Assembly: GCA_965645245.1 (NCBI GenBank)
Contig: OZ287068.1
Coordinates: 3,348,001-3,412,000, forward strand
Length of the DNA stretch: 64,000 bases
Reading direction: 5' to 3'
From: Massalongia carnosa
Lineage: Eukaryota
The translations under genes were made by a program, and so were the position numbers. Numbering within the stretch: position 1 is the first letter of the stretch; each line of letters opens with the position of its first letter. Shown piece by piece: positions 1 through 14,106 of this stretch. The notes under the pieces were generated by a model. It ran no database searches and was not told the DNA's origin. It saw only the letters and a list, made by a program, of their open reading frames with translations.

Positions 1-2142
1 AGTATGAATCCGTTCTTCCGGCAAGCTACTGCGTCCCCCGAAAAATCACTTGGTTCCCCCTTCATGCCTCCGAATAGCTCGTTGCCAAACCACAATGCTT
101 TTGATAGTCTCTTTGGACCATCCCTTGCCTTATCAACCCCTCCGTCAGGACCTCCACCTACCTCCTTCAGAGCCGATTCTCCAAGCAACATTCATGCTTC
201 GCGTGCCCCAGTCATAAACTCCACGCTATCTACGAGATCATCCGATGGTCCCGATGTGCCAACCCCGTCGGAATCCCCCCCACCGTCAGCCTACAACGAC
301 AGCTCCTATTCTGCAGGGGTGCCACCTCCGCCCCCTCAATCACGCCAGATAACCTCCAGCTATCTGCCGTTACGTAATTTGGCGCGTTCTGATTCTACAA
401 GCTCTTCCGTTAGAGTGGTTCCTCCTGCAAGTCGCATGGGAGACAGTTCTGGCTTCGATACGCCGAAAGAGCGGCAGTTCTCCTACTCCGACCTTGCCAG
501 TCAAAATTACACAACACAGCTATCTGATGAGACAGATGTAAATTCAACGACAGGCGATCTCCAGTCGGGGCCAGCTACTCCCCATCATGTGCCGTCGCCT
601 GAGAATGGACAAGAAAGTGTCAGTCAAGAAATGCCGGGGGCATTCCCTGGCGGCTTAGCGTCATCAGCTCAGCCTTTGCTTGCAACATCGGATGTAAGCT
701 CTGGTCACGTTCAGAATCCTTCCAATGAGCCATCAACACGAGAGCACGATCCTTTTGGTCCTGTCCACGAACAATCGCGAACGCTTACCTCAGGGAAGGA
801 TGATTTCGATGCAGCCTTCGAAAGCTTCAGTAACCCTGTCAAAGCCTCGGAGAAAAGTAATGGTGCTGCGTTTTCTGGTCAAGCAGGACAGCCCAAAACT
901 CACGGAGAGTTTCCCCCAATACAGGATATTGGTGCCGACGAAGACAGCGATAGCGATTACAGTGATCATGGATTCGATGACAATTTCACAGCAGCCTCGC
1001 CTCATCGGCCACAAAATGTTTCGAATGATGCCCAAGCATCGCAATCGCATCACCTTAACAAGGAGAGCTATCTGGCTCCACTACGTCCTCTATTGACTTC
1101 GAATGATTCGAATGAAAGCCAGTTGCCAACACCTGGTGCTCAAACGTCTCCTCCTACATACAACCAAACGATAGCCCCGATTGGCCGGCCAGGCCAAGCT
1201 AGAGAATCAAACCAGTTCCCTGCGGAATATACTGGCTTGTTGCCCTCGCGTGCCAATCCAACCTCCCTCCCGACGTCTCCACCATCTAACGCAGCGCCAC
1301 AAAAAGACGGCTCGCCAGCAGTGAACGAAAAAGGGTTAGGACTTATCAGTGGTACAGTGGAGGCTTCTAGCGGCTCTCCGTCGGCCTCTGTGCCTGTGCC
1401 ATTTGCCCCCGGTGCCTCAGCAGCGCCTTATGCATATGAACAATCCTCCACAAAACATAGCCAACCTCATGCCATGCCTCCCGTGCCCGGCAAGACAGCC
1501 CTGACCGACGATTTCGACAACGAGTTTGGCGATCTCTCCGAAGCGAAAGAGGCTGACGATAAGGGCGAAGACGAGTTCAACCCAGCGCCGAAAGATGGCT
1601 TTGATGAATTTAACCCCGTCTTCGATTCCCCAATCCCATCGAGGTCTGCTGCGCATGCTCCTGGTAGTACATTTCCCGCCGAAGATGACTTTCGCAACTT
1701 TGAATCAAGCATATCCGGATCCGCCATACCGACTTCGAACTCACGCCGAGGAACCGATCAAGCGCCCTCGAGCTCTCATCACGATTGGGATGCCATTTTC
1801 GCAGGCCTTGAAACCCCCCAGAACAATGGCGTGCAAGGAGGTTCCAAGCCGGTGGAAACTTCTGACCCAGAACATAGCAAACCTCCAAGGCAAGCAGGCT
1901 CTGCCGATCAGTCTTCGAAACCACCATTGCCGAGGGGTCTCAGTATGGGCACCGATCATGATGATCCGATTTTAAAGCGGTTGACTGGAATGGGCTATCC
2001 GAGAGATGCGTCGTTAGAGGCGCTGGAAAAGTTTGACTATAACATTGACATGGTACGTTAGGTTTCGTCAGCATTGCTGGGCATGGCTGATCTTATTTTG
2101 TTTTCGCTTCAGGCTGCCGATTATCTAACATCGAAATCCTAA
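1..2142 (+). CDS. 3' part of an EH-domain/UBA endocytic adaptor (Ede1/Eps15-like); gene begins upstream of the window
   Basis: Long S/P-rich ORF with NPF/DPF-like motifs ending in a UBA-like domain (DDPILKRLTGMGYPRDASLEALEKFDYNIDM). Intron 2053-2112 (GTACGT..TTCAG), then a final exon AADYLTSKS* ending 2142. Confidence 0.75.
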
Positions 2143-2785
2143 TGATATATTATTTCCATACGTCCCGAAAAGCCCGCCCCGGTCAAGTTTTCTTTCATCT
2201 TCCTTGATGGCGCTGTCGGAGCGACTCTTTGGACCTATTTCATCCATTCATGCGGAGGATTTTATGAATTCTAGGGTTGTGACGTCGGATTGGCGTCTTG
2301 ACAAGCTTCTTCGCCGGTAGCGGGCACAGAAATGGATCGATACCAACCTTTCCCTGTTACGGGTGAAGGCGATCAAGTAAGTTTTTCAGGGGCCCTTTAT
2401 ACGAAGGGGTGTAGTTTATTTAATGGAATTGAATTGTCGAGTTCTTGTGAAAAAAACTGTCTTGTGCTCCCACCTCCACAAAGTAATGACAGAGCTGTTG
2501 ATGAGTTATAGAACGTTCAAAGAAACGGCTTGAAGCCCCAATGCTAGCCACAACAGGCGCAGTGCAAAGGTACTTGCTTGCGCCACAATGTGTGGCTTCG
2601 GAATACGTCATTGCAGTCGTCATCAATCGCCATTGATAGAGTAACCACCACACCCACAAACATCATAATACTCCTTGATCTTTAACCTCCACCCTCTCTT
2701 CACTTTTCATCTTATTACTCCTCACCTGCGCTGCGATTTCTCATTTTATCGCCAAAGCTGGGACTACACTCCGAATCTCCCTACC

Positions 2786-3733
2786 ATGGCTGACTTTACC
2801 CCTCCACCGGGGCCGCCCCCACCCAAAGTTCCAGAAGGCTGGAAAGCTCAGTGGAGTGACCAATGGTCGGAATGGTACTAATCTCATATTCTCCTTGGCA
2901 CCACCGCCACAGACTAACCCTTCCTCCTTTCACAAAGGTTCTTCGTAAACCTCCACACCGGCAAATCTACATGGGAAAAACCCACCGCACCAGCTCCCAC
3001 TGGCGCGCCACCATCATCCACAACAGCGACTGGCGCCCTTCCAACCTACGCTGGCGATGGCACCTCGCATACGGAGAAATACCCTCTTCCATCTAACAAC
3101 CCCTATAACGCCAGCACAGTGCCGAACCCCTCCTTAAGCAAGAATGCCGACACCCTCGACGCTGACGCCCGCTATGCAGCCCAACTTCAAGCAGAAGAAG
3201 ATGCCCGCGCTCGTACAGCGGGGGTTCGCCCCACATCGCGCAACGCCCAGCAGGACTATGAAAATACGGCGATCCCGTCGACTTACGCATCCCAGGAGTT
3301 GCCTCCGCGGGAGCAGAAGCGTAGCTCCGGGCTCGGCGGGCTACTGAACAAGATTGTGGGGAAACACTCTGGTGGTGGAGCCCACACCCAACCAAACTAT
3401 CCCCCAGCGGGGTATGGCCAGGGATATCCGCAACAGGGGTACGGTTACGGGGCTCCTCAGGCTGGGCCATATGGGGCCGGGGGATTCGGCAGCGGTGGGG
3501 GATATGGAGCGCCACCTCGCCGGGCCGGTGGCGGAGGGATGGGCATGGCGGGCGGGGCGGCGTTGGGGCTGGGAGCCGGGGTGCTCGGGGGGGCGTTATT
3601 GGCGAATGAGTTTGATGGTCATGATGGCGGAGACGATGGGGGAGGGGGTTACGGAGGGGGGGATGGAGGGGGGGATTATGGAGGAGGGGATGGAGGAGGG
3701 GATGGAGGAGGGGATGGAGGAGGCGGGGATTAG
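2786..3733 (+). CDS. WW-domain protein with Gly/Tyr/Pro-rich tail (Wwm1-like)
   Basis: MADFTPPPGPPPPKVPEGWKAQWSDQWSEW, intron 2875-2937, then FFVNLHTGKSTWEKP completes a WW domain. Continues into the 3119-3733 ORF with GAALGLGAGVLGGALL and a GGGD repeat tail. Confidence 0.85.
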
Positions 3734-4865
3734 AGGTTTGGATGTTGGAAATTAGCGTGAGGGGAGGGGCTTGGTTCAACTGCCCTTTCTTGCCCTTGCT
3801 CTGTAGGGACAGTTTCTACCTATGCATGCATGCCCAAATCCCCTCTCCCAATTATCTGCGCTATGGAAACACATGCGCATGTACAATACCATCCGCCCAA
3901 CCTCCCCTTCCCACCTGATTTCTCCCCTCCCCCCTTTTCCCGCTGCCCACCTATATTAAGCTTACAACATAAACATAAAAAATACAAACACAGCCCACCC
4001 CCGAGTTCGTCCGATTTTACTTACTCGCTCACCCATTTCTCTCCGGTCGTTTTGAACTCTCAAATGACCTGAAAAGAAAAGTCCTTTAAAAAGCAGAATC
4101 TAGATTTTCCTACTTTTCATATATGTATGCACGCAACGTATGTATGCATGTAGAGTAAAGTTTCTTTCTCCCCCACATATCATCCTATTCATCTAGAGGA
4201 TTTCGCCAGCAGGATCCCGGTAACACATTCTTTTGCTCTTTTTTTTTCTCTCTCTCGAAGTAGCTCGGTAATCTCGTTGCTTCGATCATTCTGTTGGATC
4301 TGTTGGATCTGTTGGATCGTTTCCTGTCTACATATACCTCCCTCCCTCCCTCCATCCCCCCATCCACTTACTCACTTATCCGCCCACCCACTTACTCACA
4401 CCCATAAAGAGAAAGCAACACATCTACCTACCTACCTACCTACCTATCTACATCCCGTACCTAATCTCCTTACCCCCCCCCCTTCTTTTTGTAATGTACG
4501 AACGAAATACGAAACTATCAAGCTGTATGGGCTAATGTGGAATATGGGTGAAAAGGAGTGGTGTGTATTGATCTATGGGAGGTCTAGGCTAGCTAACTGA
4601 GGGATATCTCATAGGGGTTCGTGGGTCATGTGACCCATGGCGGGTCATGTGACCCCTAATCGCCTGACAGAAACCATCATAACCGTTACGGGAAATTTCC
4701 CCGGAACGGTAAAATCCACGTTTGAGGAGGGGGTTCGGGTGGATATATATGGAAAAATTGGGGAGGGTGTTGGGTTTAGGTTCTAGGGAGAGGGGGAAAG
4801 GGGGGGGGGAGGGGGAAGAACGGAATATTTTGTAGAGGGGTTGGTGTTTTTGGTACATAGAACGC

Positions 4866-4904
4866 TCTTCTTCTTCTTCTTCTTCTTCTTCTTCTTCTTC
4901 TTCT
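4866..4904. repeat. (TCT)n microsatellite
   Basis: Direct reading of the sequence. Confidence 0.95.
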
Positions 4905-5903
4905 TTCCTCAACATCCTCCTCTTCTTCTTCCCTATCCCCGTCTCCCCATCCCCATCTCGTCCCGTCTCGAAAAACCAGGCAAGCCAGTTCACCTCCCCT
5001 AACCCCCCCTAGCTAGCGAAGAGGGTCATCCATAACTTGTGTAGTTACGGTTGCTTGTGGAGGAGGAGGAGTGGGAAAGATGATAAGATTCTAGGTCCTA
5101 ATAGCTAATCCCTCCTTTCTTTTTTTCTTTCCTTCTTTCTTTTCTCCATCCTCCCCTGCTCCCCAAACCGAGCGAGTGACCCGCTTCGCCTTTAGAGACC
5201 CACTCACTCCTTGGCTTCCGATCCTGTCCTTCAACATTCCGAGGCACGAAATTATTGCTGCTGTCTCGCTCTTTAACAACCTGAGTTTCTGCATACATAC
5301 TTCCTCAGTGAATACGCAACATCCCCATCCATGATATTGATGTTTACTTCCCGACTGCGCTTTTCGCGCTACTCTGCACTACGCCCAAGCGTCCTGGTTA
5401 TTTCATGTCGTCGTGTTCCTTCCTCGGGGGGGGGGGGCGATAAGGATCTTATGGGCCGACGAGGACTTGGAATGCGGAGCTTATGCAAGTATGTTGTATG
5501 GAAATGGGGGTTTTGGCGTAGGTGGTTAATTAGCATGATGCTGGGTTTTTGGGGTGGGTAGGTCTTTGGAAAAGAAGGGGGAAATGGAGATATAGTGCCC
5601 TGGTTTATCGAGGAGTGGAAATCTTGACATAAACTAGTAATAATTAATGAGTTGTAAGAATTTGTTTAATAATTTGAAACGTAATTGTCCGTAGAAGCTC
5701 AATTATCATATGCAGCAAAAGGATCTTGTACTTCAAATTCTATCTTTAAAAAAACCGCATCTAGTATACGAAACAAAATAGGGACAAGATATTTCCTATG
5801 CAAAAATCTGTTCGTAAATCATGATCATCATGTGCTGCTGAAGCGTGGGAAGAACAAAAAAGATAAAGTCTGAGAGCTCAAAAAGTCTGCTTTTTGGCCC
5901 CTG

Positions 5904-7669
5904 CTAACCGTTGTGGGAGACGGCGGATAAGGGTAATTGAGAGTCGGTTTCCTCGTCGAGAAGCTTACTCTCAACATTGATAACTTGAAACGGCTTTGCG
6001 ATGCGGTACCAAAATCCCTTTTTCATACCCCCTAGCCGAATCAGATCACACGTCCCAAAAGAGGAACGGAGGTACTTACGTATTTCGAGGTAAAAATACT
6101 CGATTATGATTGGAGTCCAAACTGTTATACCAATTATCTGGCCAAAGCTCCAGTTGGTAGGGTTCAGTGAGCCGCTATTGATTGGGTAAATAAGCAAAAA
6201 AAAGTATCGATAGAAACAATAGATATAGTTGATCCACAGCACAAAATATATGTAGTTGGGAACCATCGCTGAGTCCATAAACCTTGGTGCACCACGGTCT
6301 GGGATATTTTCTTGCAATCGTTGAACGAACGTTTTGAGTTTCTTCCAGGTCCTTGTCTGTAACAGCTTGTCCGACTTTTCTGGTGTCGAAATGTTCGGTG
6401 CATCGTATTTTTGGCAGTTCTCATGAGGATAATGAAAGATATGTTTAACTCTAAGCCATGTCCATGACAGCTTTTCCGTCAGCTTATGAGAGAATGGAAG
6501 AGTTTGGACTTCGCATAGGTCCACGAAAAGTAGCATTAGAACAATGCCAGCAGATGCTAATATGCCAATGGCTCCACTCTGTACTGTAACACCGATATCA
6601 CTATTAGGATCATAATTGTAGTTATCGAAACAATTGACGACTGGATTGACATATCCACATTGTGAAAACTTTGTCGCGTCAGCAGGCATTAGACTTATCT
6701 TTTGAAAATTGAGCTGCCTAGACGACTGAAGTGTGGCATACGAGACTACAAAGGTGAGGACAGATAAGATCCAAAGGTACCAGGACTTCATGCCAACCGA
6801 GTGAAGACACAAAAGCGTAAAGGAGGTGGGAAGAAACCCACTGATGGCGATGCTTCCCATAAACTCGTAATTGTTGAAAATCTGTTGAAAAAGAGTGGCT
6901 TCCAACAGTCCATTAGCCAAGACTACTTGAGCTGCAATCTGCATGGCCAGCATGTAGAAGCACTGTGCTTTCTGAAAGTCCACAAGCGTCGTAATCAGTG
7001 CTGGCAGGTGAAGTTTTGCTCTTTCCTGAGCTTTTCTGGCGTGTTCCTTAATCTTTTGGTTCTGGCCTTGGAGATATTCCTTACATAGCCGAAGAAAAAT
7101 GAAACAGCCAAGAGTAACAGAAATCCCATCAGGGCGATACCATTTTGGATCCAATACGACGTGTAAACCTAATCAATGGTCAAAACACTTATGTTGGAGC
7201 CAGGGAGCCCCTTTACCCCAATACCGCCGATGTCTGGATTAATGTGAGCCTGCAGATTACCACAGATATCAATATAACCATAGCCAAACTGGACATCTCG
7301 CCCGCATTTTGACGTTACGTTGCAGTACTGCTCAAAACAGTCCGTAATGGTTTGCGTGATTTGCGTCGAAATGTTAAGATACTCTCGACTTATTCCATAA
7401 GACTTTGCAAGATCTACACTTGTCTGGTCCAGAGGATGGTCGATTGCTATATATTGTCTGATGTACGGATAGGCTGCGCAGTTGGACAATGTCATAGGGT
7501 TCGTAAACATTTCATGAGCTGATTGGCAGGCCTGGGTACAGTTCCTACTTCCATGGGGTTGAAGGGATCCCTCTGTCATTACTCGTAGGTTCTCGGAACG
7601 CATTGCTTCCTGAAGGCCGATACATTGAGAAGTACTGTTACGGTCAAACCGGACCTGTACAAGTTCCAT
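5904..7669 (-). CDS. Uncharacterised fungal multi-pass membrane protein with Cys-rich N-terminal region
   Basis: ORFs 7169-7669 and 5904-7154 are linked by an intron after DIGGIG. Motifs VYTSYWIQ, LVDFQKAQCFYMLAMQIAA and NWSFGQIIGITVWTP. Several hydrophobic segments and a GTAAGT intron near 6080. Confidence 0.65.
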
Positions 7670-8519
7670 GATTCACCCGATCTGATGGATTGATGGGTGT
7701 GTATGAGATGATATTCTCAGAGGAATAGGAGGTTTTATATGAAACCAAGTGTCCTTCCACTCCGTCAGTAGTTATCGTGGCACAGAGCCACCGCACCTCC
7801 CCATAACTTCAGCCCATGTGTTATCTAACCTCGTTATCCTACCAACCTCTACGTCAACTTTACAATTCGCAATCCTATCCCAGAGCCTTGGAATGAAGAC
7901 TGGCTTTCTCTTCAACCTGTTGAAACTGTGACTGCAACATGCGGTATGGTAGGACTGGGCAATTGATACAACTAGTTCCACAAACGAGTTTTTCACACGT
8001 AAAAGAGACTGGGAGAAACGATTGATTTTTCTACCATTACGTAGGGTAAAACTGCTCCTATTTATGCTCGTCCACCAGCCATTCTAGAAGCCTCCATTTC
8101 CATCTCATCGGTTGTCTTTTCCGATGCAATTTCTGACTCTATATAAATTTGCCACCGGCATAGACCTTTCTTGCCGAGGTAGATGCGAATTGCTTTGTCG
8201 GCTGGTTTCGGTACCTGGCATCGGCTGCCCGTTTTAACAATATCGCAAAGAAGCAAAAACCATTGTGGTTTGAGAACTCTGTTCGCAGAGCTAGAAGTCC
8301 ATCCTGCTCCAAGATGCCCACATTCAAAGAGCCCACATGTACGGGGTAATCGAACGGATATCAAGATCGGATAATCTTCAAGTCACTTGCAATGGATCCT
8401 GTACCACACATTGATAACGAAATGCTCCTATATGTTCTCTATCCCCACCCCTTTGAAATCAATATCCTCCAACCTTCCCACAGCACATACCATCCCAACC
8501 CTCTCCTCCCCTCCCCCAA

Positions 8520-9467
8520 TCACCCCCTCCTTCTCTTCGCCCCTCCCTCACCCCTTCCCTCAGCCTTCTTTCCACTCACCACTTTTGCCCCCGCGTCCCC
8601 CCCGCTCCCATCGCCGCTCCCGCTGGTAGTTTTCCCCGCCATCCAAGCCGCCATGTCGAAATTCTGCAACGAGTTCCCGCCCGAGGCACCAGTGTTCAGG
8701 AGGCTATTCTTTTGATGCTCTTCGAATTCTTTTCGGGTTTCGGGGTCCACTGGTAGAAGAGGATGGTGGTTAGTAACTGACGTTTGTGTGGATGGGAAGG
8801 GAGAGGATTTATGCTTTTGCAGAGCGAAAGCGCAGAAATATGAATAGGGTGAGTAGAAGATGCAGGAAACGCACTATTCTCCAACAAATACGGCATCCCA
8901 ACCACAAACCCAAAGCCCACAATCGCAATCAATATCATTGGGTTCTTCAACAAAGCCAACGGCGAAACTATTCCTTCCAGCGCCAATGAATTAGCTATCA
9001 TTGTCTGTCTCCGCCACTGAAGACGTCTTGCGGGACCGAACCACACGGGAAAACTCACACCCCCCTCTCTCCTCCCACCCCTGTCGTTCCCTCACAACCC
9101 TAACCTCCCACCCCCCATCTTCAGTACTCCTCAACTCTCCTCCGCCTCCGCCACTGCCCCTTCTTCTCACCATGATCTCCCCCGTAGTGGTGATTTCCAC
9201 GTTCATCGGCGCGAAATCCCAGTCCCGGCTGCCGATGTCGAGGAGATAGTGTCCAGCCTGGGTGAGGTTATGAAACCGAAAATTGTTGGCGCGCGTTATG
9301 GGTGCGGAGCGGGAGAAGGCGGGGCCGGTAAGGTGGGCACGGGTGGAGGGATGGAGGGGAGGGGTTTGGGGGGGTAGGTTTAGGGTTAGGGATTGTGTTT
9401 GGGAGGAGAAAGTTAGGGAAGGAGGGATGATGGAGAGAAGAAGCAGGAGAGAGGAGATGGGATGCAT
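8520..9467 (-). CDS. EMC7: ER membrane protein complex subunit 7 (DUF2012) homologue
   Basis: Three exons: signal peptide with FRFHNLTQAGHYLLDI; FSPLALLKNPMILIAIVGFGFVVGMPYLLEN; MDPETRKEFEEHQ...FDMAAWMAG. GT-AG introns join them in frame. Confidence 0.85.
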
Positions 9468-11635
9468 TATTCTTGGTTTTTAGAGGGGAGTCAAGGATTT
9501 GAGGAGAGGAGGATACTCCGTACAGAGTACTTTGAAGGTATTTGACCTACTACTTAGAAGGGGGCTTAGCGCCTTTATTAGCTAACTAACCCAAAGAAGG
9601 GTCAGCATGCAGGTCTGATGCAATTAGCCATCTAAAGATTCCCTTCTTCCCATTCTATCCATAAATCTGGCCGAACAAACTGATTTTAACGTGCTATCGG
9701 ATTCTTTCGTATAATAATATAAAGACATGTATATATATACAACATTTTCCGAGCAGTGTTAACTGCCGGCTGCCCAACAATCCACAGTTAAATCAAGGAC
9801 AGCTTCTCCTAGAGCGGATTGAGGCTTTCGAAAATCGAATGACCCAAAGGCTTGGGCACCACCATGAATAGATTGCACGTTCATTAACTAGGATAACCTA
9901 GAGTTAAGCATGCCTGAGAGCCGAGTAAATAGATCCTCCAATGTTCTCTTTATTGTCCATCCAACCCGCATAGTGAGAATGTCAGTACAGTCAATGCTAG
10001 TGCTTTGCATCTTCTACTCGCACGTTATGAGTGGAGAGTTGAGGTATCATGTGCCAGGCTTCCTCGCGGCACTTTCAAATAATATTCATGTCTTCAGATC
10101 TATCTTACACTACAATGTAACAGGCGCCGCATTCCGAATCTCTTCTAAAGGGATACGATCAGTCGGTTGAGGGAAACGTTGAGCAGCGCAGGCTTCAGTT
10201 TACGCAATTCATTGGGGTCGTTAAGGGAGACCTGAGATGCTATTCTTGTTCTTGTACAGCTGTCTACGAAACACTGCTCTGCACATAATACCTTGATGGT
10301 AATTACAACTCTGTGCATGATTCCTTGACTCGTTTGTTCTTGTGATGATTCCTACTTTCTTGGCTCGATGGAGCTGGCTATTTTGGCAATCTTCATAGCC
10401 TTTCCCCATCATGGTATGGTAGTTCTCGGGCCCCTAGAACTTTATCTAGTTAGATCGCTCCCTTAACATACATAATTATCATCAATGCCTTGTCCAAAAC
10501 AACATTGCCTAACGTTCCTGCCTGATCTCCATTGACTCGTCTCAATGAAACGTTTGGTCTTCGACAACTCCCAATATCATCTTCTCTTCTCTAAAACCCC
10601 CAAACACGAAGTAGCATTCTGATTTCCCGCGTTGCCTTCAGCCCAGATCTGATGTTTTTTTTCGTTAGCGGTCGTGCTTCGATCCAAGTCTCTCGGTTCT
10701 AACTCGATGGAGCTCTCAGCCCCTTAGACTTCGCCTCCTGGTTTGAGAAATCTTAGAGTTCGCCGCTACGCAATAAGAAAGCCACACAACGGCTCTGCTT
10801 GCTCATGAGAGTTCCAAGCCAGTTCCTCGCAACCCTTCTGACTATTTTCAACCACCGACTCGTTTTCTCCCGTACCGAGCCAAAACACCAGTCGCGTCCA
10901 ATGACGGCGGCAATCTAGCTTAAGCCGAGAGCTGACGAGGACTAAATACCTCACTAGGGGTTTTCTGTCAGCGCTACACATCTATGATGAAAGGAGAACT
11001 GGCTCAAAAGCAAGAGCGGGAGCAGGGTTTCCACTGGGCTACTTGGGCGTATGGTAGATATTGATAAGCTCCTGCCTGGGTCGAGTTTGCATGGAAAAGA
11101 TGACCAAGTCCTTTCAGGTAGGCAGCTATTCTTTCCTCACAGATTTACTGGCTTTTGGGAACAACGCGCTCAGAGCGGAGGTTCGCTGTTGGGCGAGTGA
11201 TGAAACGCCCATCTGTGAGGATGAGCGATATGTGTGATTCTGGGTGCGCTAGGTTTGGATGAAGGCGGCTGCTCTTGGGGGGGGAATGGTGATGATTGAT
11301 TATTTGCTTAGAGCTGGTTCCCGGTTTGGGTCGCTTGGGAGTCTCCGGTGCCTATATTCCTGCCGCGTTGGTCTTGACGGGACATGACATTGTCGTCTCT
11401 AAAAATGTTGGTTCACTCGTTACCCATGGTGTTGATACCGATTCAAGTTCCGCTTTGGGCGAAGATTTTCATGGAACCCCTGGCGACGGCGGTCTCTCAC
11501 CATCTTTACACATTGATGAGTTTCGTGGCATGAGGATGCAAAGACATAAATATGTGAAGAAACACCGTTGCATTTCATCCTCCATCATTGCAACGCCATT
11601 ATCCCGGATTCAAGGCTTCAACAAAGCTCAGAATC

Positions 11636-12622
11636 ATGCGCTTCTTACTCAAACTCCTCTCCTTGGTTGCTTTTGGCCAAGCCTTCGTTGTAGCCACCCC
11701 CGCACCGCTGAAACCTCGCTCTGAACTACGAGGATTCGATGTCTCCATACCTCAAACGGGATTTCGGAGCGACTTCTGGGCTTGTGCTCACAAAGCAGGC
11801 TACGGCAAAGCCGTCATCTGAATGTATCAACAAGCGTGTGACTCCGTTAGTGATATAAAACCCTTATTGAAACCATGATAAAATATTGAGCATCTTGATT
11901 TTAGGGAGGACAAGTCGATACAAAGTTTGTTCCACAAACTTTGTTAGGGCGCAAGAGCAGGAGGCTTCACAAATACTGATGCATACATGTTTCCATGCAA
12001 GCTCTCTGGTCTACAGTAAGAGACGTCGCTGACCGTACTAGGCACCGGCACTTAACCAACGGGGGTTGAATGCAAGCCGGTTCAAACTCAGATTAATGAA
12101 GTTCTCGATGTCTTATCTCAAAAAAAAATCATCGTCGAGCGCCTCTGGTTCGACGTCGAACCAACTTCTAAGGTTTGTAATGCCTGGAACCTGGGGGGTA
12201 CGGAAAATCTAGCTCTTACCAGGCGGTAGGTTGCTATACTGGAGGCAACGGGCCTCAAATAGGGCATTTACGCCAACGGGTCAGTCATCGATCATCTGTC
12301 GGTTTCGCTAAATTTTGATAACATTTTCTGATATCACTTTTAACAGCAACCAATGGACGGATATGTTTCCCAGCCGGTCGTCAGATATTGGCAGTGATCT
12401 CCCGCTCTTCGCAGTGCAAGAAGACTTTAAGCCGGGAGTCTCGACTTTTACAAATCTCATGGGCAATTGGACAGAGGCCTATGCGAAACAGTATAGTTTA
12501 GGTATGCTTAAGCCCAGTTTATGGACTAGGTTCCCCCTTTGCAAGCTAACGGCGCACCTTCGGTAGGCACTTCAATGCCAGAGTGCAGCGGATCGTTGGA
12601 TCTCGATTCATTCACTGGCTGA
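11636..12622 (+). pseudogene. Secreted GH25-like lysozyme/muramidase pseudogene
   Basis: Signal peptide, then GFDVS, KAVI*MYQQAC, DAYMFPC, LWFDVEP, *GIYAN and YAKQY across several introns. In-frame stops at 11819 (TGA), 12053 (TAA), 12227 (TAG) and 12260 (TAG), plus a frameshift near 11935-11950. Confidence 0.75.
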
Positions 12623-13381
12623 ACACGTAGAACCTTAGAGATTCGAATTCTCTCCTTAACTGATTGCTTAAGCATACTGGATTACTGTTAGAAATCTATT
12701 GTTAGGCATTTTCGTCGTATTGATAGTTTAAACAATGGTCTTAGGTTCCTAAGAAGCCTCAAAATATCTCTAAATCGAAACGAGTTTTTATAATAACGAG
12801 CGTAATCCTTTTTCGCTGGTTAGAAGTTCCCTTTCATATTGAATGTATATGGTTGGGACTGGAGTAAGACAGTCGAGTGTATTCGGATTCCCTGATACCA
12901 TTCTTTCTTTACAGGCATTCCTTTCAATCTAAGCTCAAAATTTACTCAAGACTTAGATCAAATTAGACGTCAGGCATACAGGCATACAACATGCTGCTTC
13001 TTGACCAATCGTTGAAGTATGATTTCAATTTTTTATGACATAGTTATTCAAGGGCATTTCGTCTGCGGTGTATGACTATCATTCGGATAAAGCAATTAAG
13101 CAAAGAAAGGAGGACGTGTACGGAACGGAACTTAGTGTACTCCGCCGCTAGTCCTAAATGGAAAAAAATCCTTGAGGTGTTACGGTGTCCTTCCAGCAAT
13201 CAATCCTTCTATCATTTAATAATCCATTCTCCGGGAACTTTGTCCAACAAGCTACTACTCACCTACTTTCTTATCGTTATCGTGGACCTCGTAATTCAAA
13301 AACTATTCTTTCTTTTTTGCATTCCCATAACTTCTACTCCGAACGCCAGCTTGGCATCTTCGCTACCTTACTCTGGCCATC

Positions 13382-14106
13382 ATGATGGGCCTAAATCCTC
13401 AGATGTAAGTAGTAATGCTTCTAAACTCGAGACCTTCTGCCTAAATTTGGGCAAGTCGTGAACAAGGTTGACAGTTTTCCTTCAGCACCAACTTGGTGAT
13501 CATTCTAGGCATGATGCAGGTTTCGAAAAAGGTTCCGTTTGATGATCCTCAAGTTCTTCTGGGTGTTCGAGGATTCTACATCGTCTCAAATTTGATCATC
13601 GCCGCAATTTACCTCTTCATCCAGCAGAAAATCAACTCAAAAAAGGGTATGTACCCACCCATTACATTTCCTCCTTTAGTCCCCTCCCCTTTGCTGATAG
13701 TTCGGTCGCAGACTTGACAACGCTCAAATACGTCGAGCCAGCCCCCGTGGGTTCCGCTGAGGAGCCTAAGCTTATAACTACCACCGTACACTCTTACGAT
13801 CTTTCACAGCTTCGCGCTCTATGGAAATCACAACTCATGGGCGTGGGGATGATGGGCGTCATGCACTTATACTTTAGGTATACGAATCCGCTCCTCATTC
13901 AGTCCATCATCCCCCTCAAAGGTGCGTTTGAAGGCAACCTTGTCAAGATTCACCTTTACGGCCAGCCAGCTGTTGGCGATTTAAAAAGACCGTGGAAGGC
14001 TGCGGGTGGCTTCATGGGCATGGCCGGTGGAGGAGAGCCTAAGGCGGATAAGAAAAGTATCGAACAGGCTGAGAGAGCCGGCAGTGGTGGGGTGAAGGAG
14101 GAATAG
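13382..14106 (+). CDS. PHO88: Pho88/Snd3 ER membrane protein
   Basis: MMGLNPQI, intron, TNLVIILGMMQVSKKVPFDDP, intron, LKYVEP...MGVMHLYFRYTNPLLIQSIIP...DLKRPW. These are characteristic Pho88 motifs. Confidence 0.92.

Noticed and set aside
3800..5600. Short ORFs including a poly-Glu ORF at 4589-4993
   Set aside because: They arise from microsatellite and low-complexity purine/pyrimidine tracts, with no domain or splice support.
11636..12622. Stop-codon rescue by A-to-I editing (TAG to TGG) or an alternative genetic code in the GH25-like gene
   Set aside because: Two TAGs sit at probable Trp positions, but the gene also has a TAA at a probable Gln, a TGA at a probable Arg and a frameshift. 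Intact neighbours (PHO88, RAD14, WW gene) terminate at TAG.
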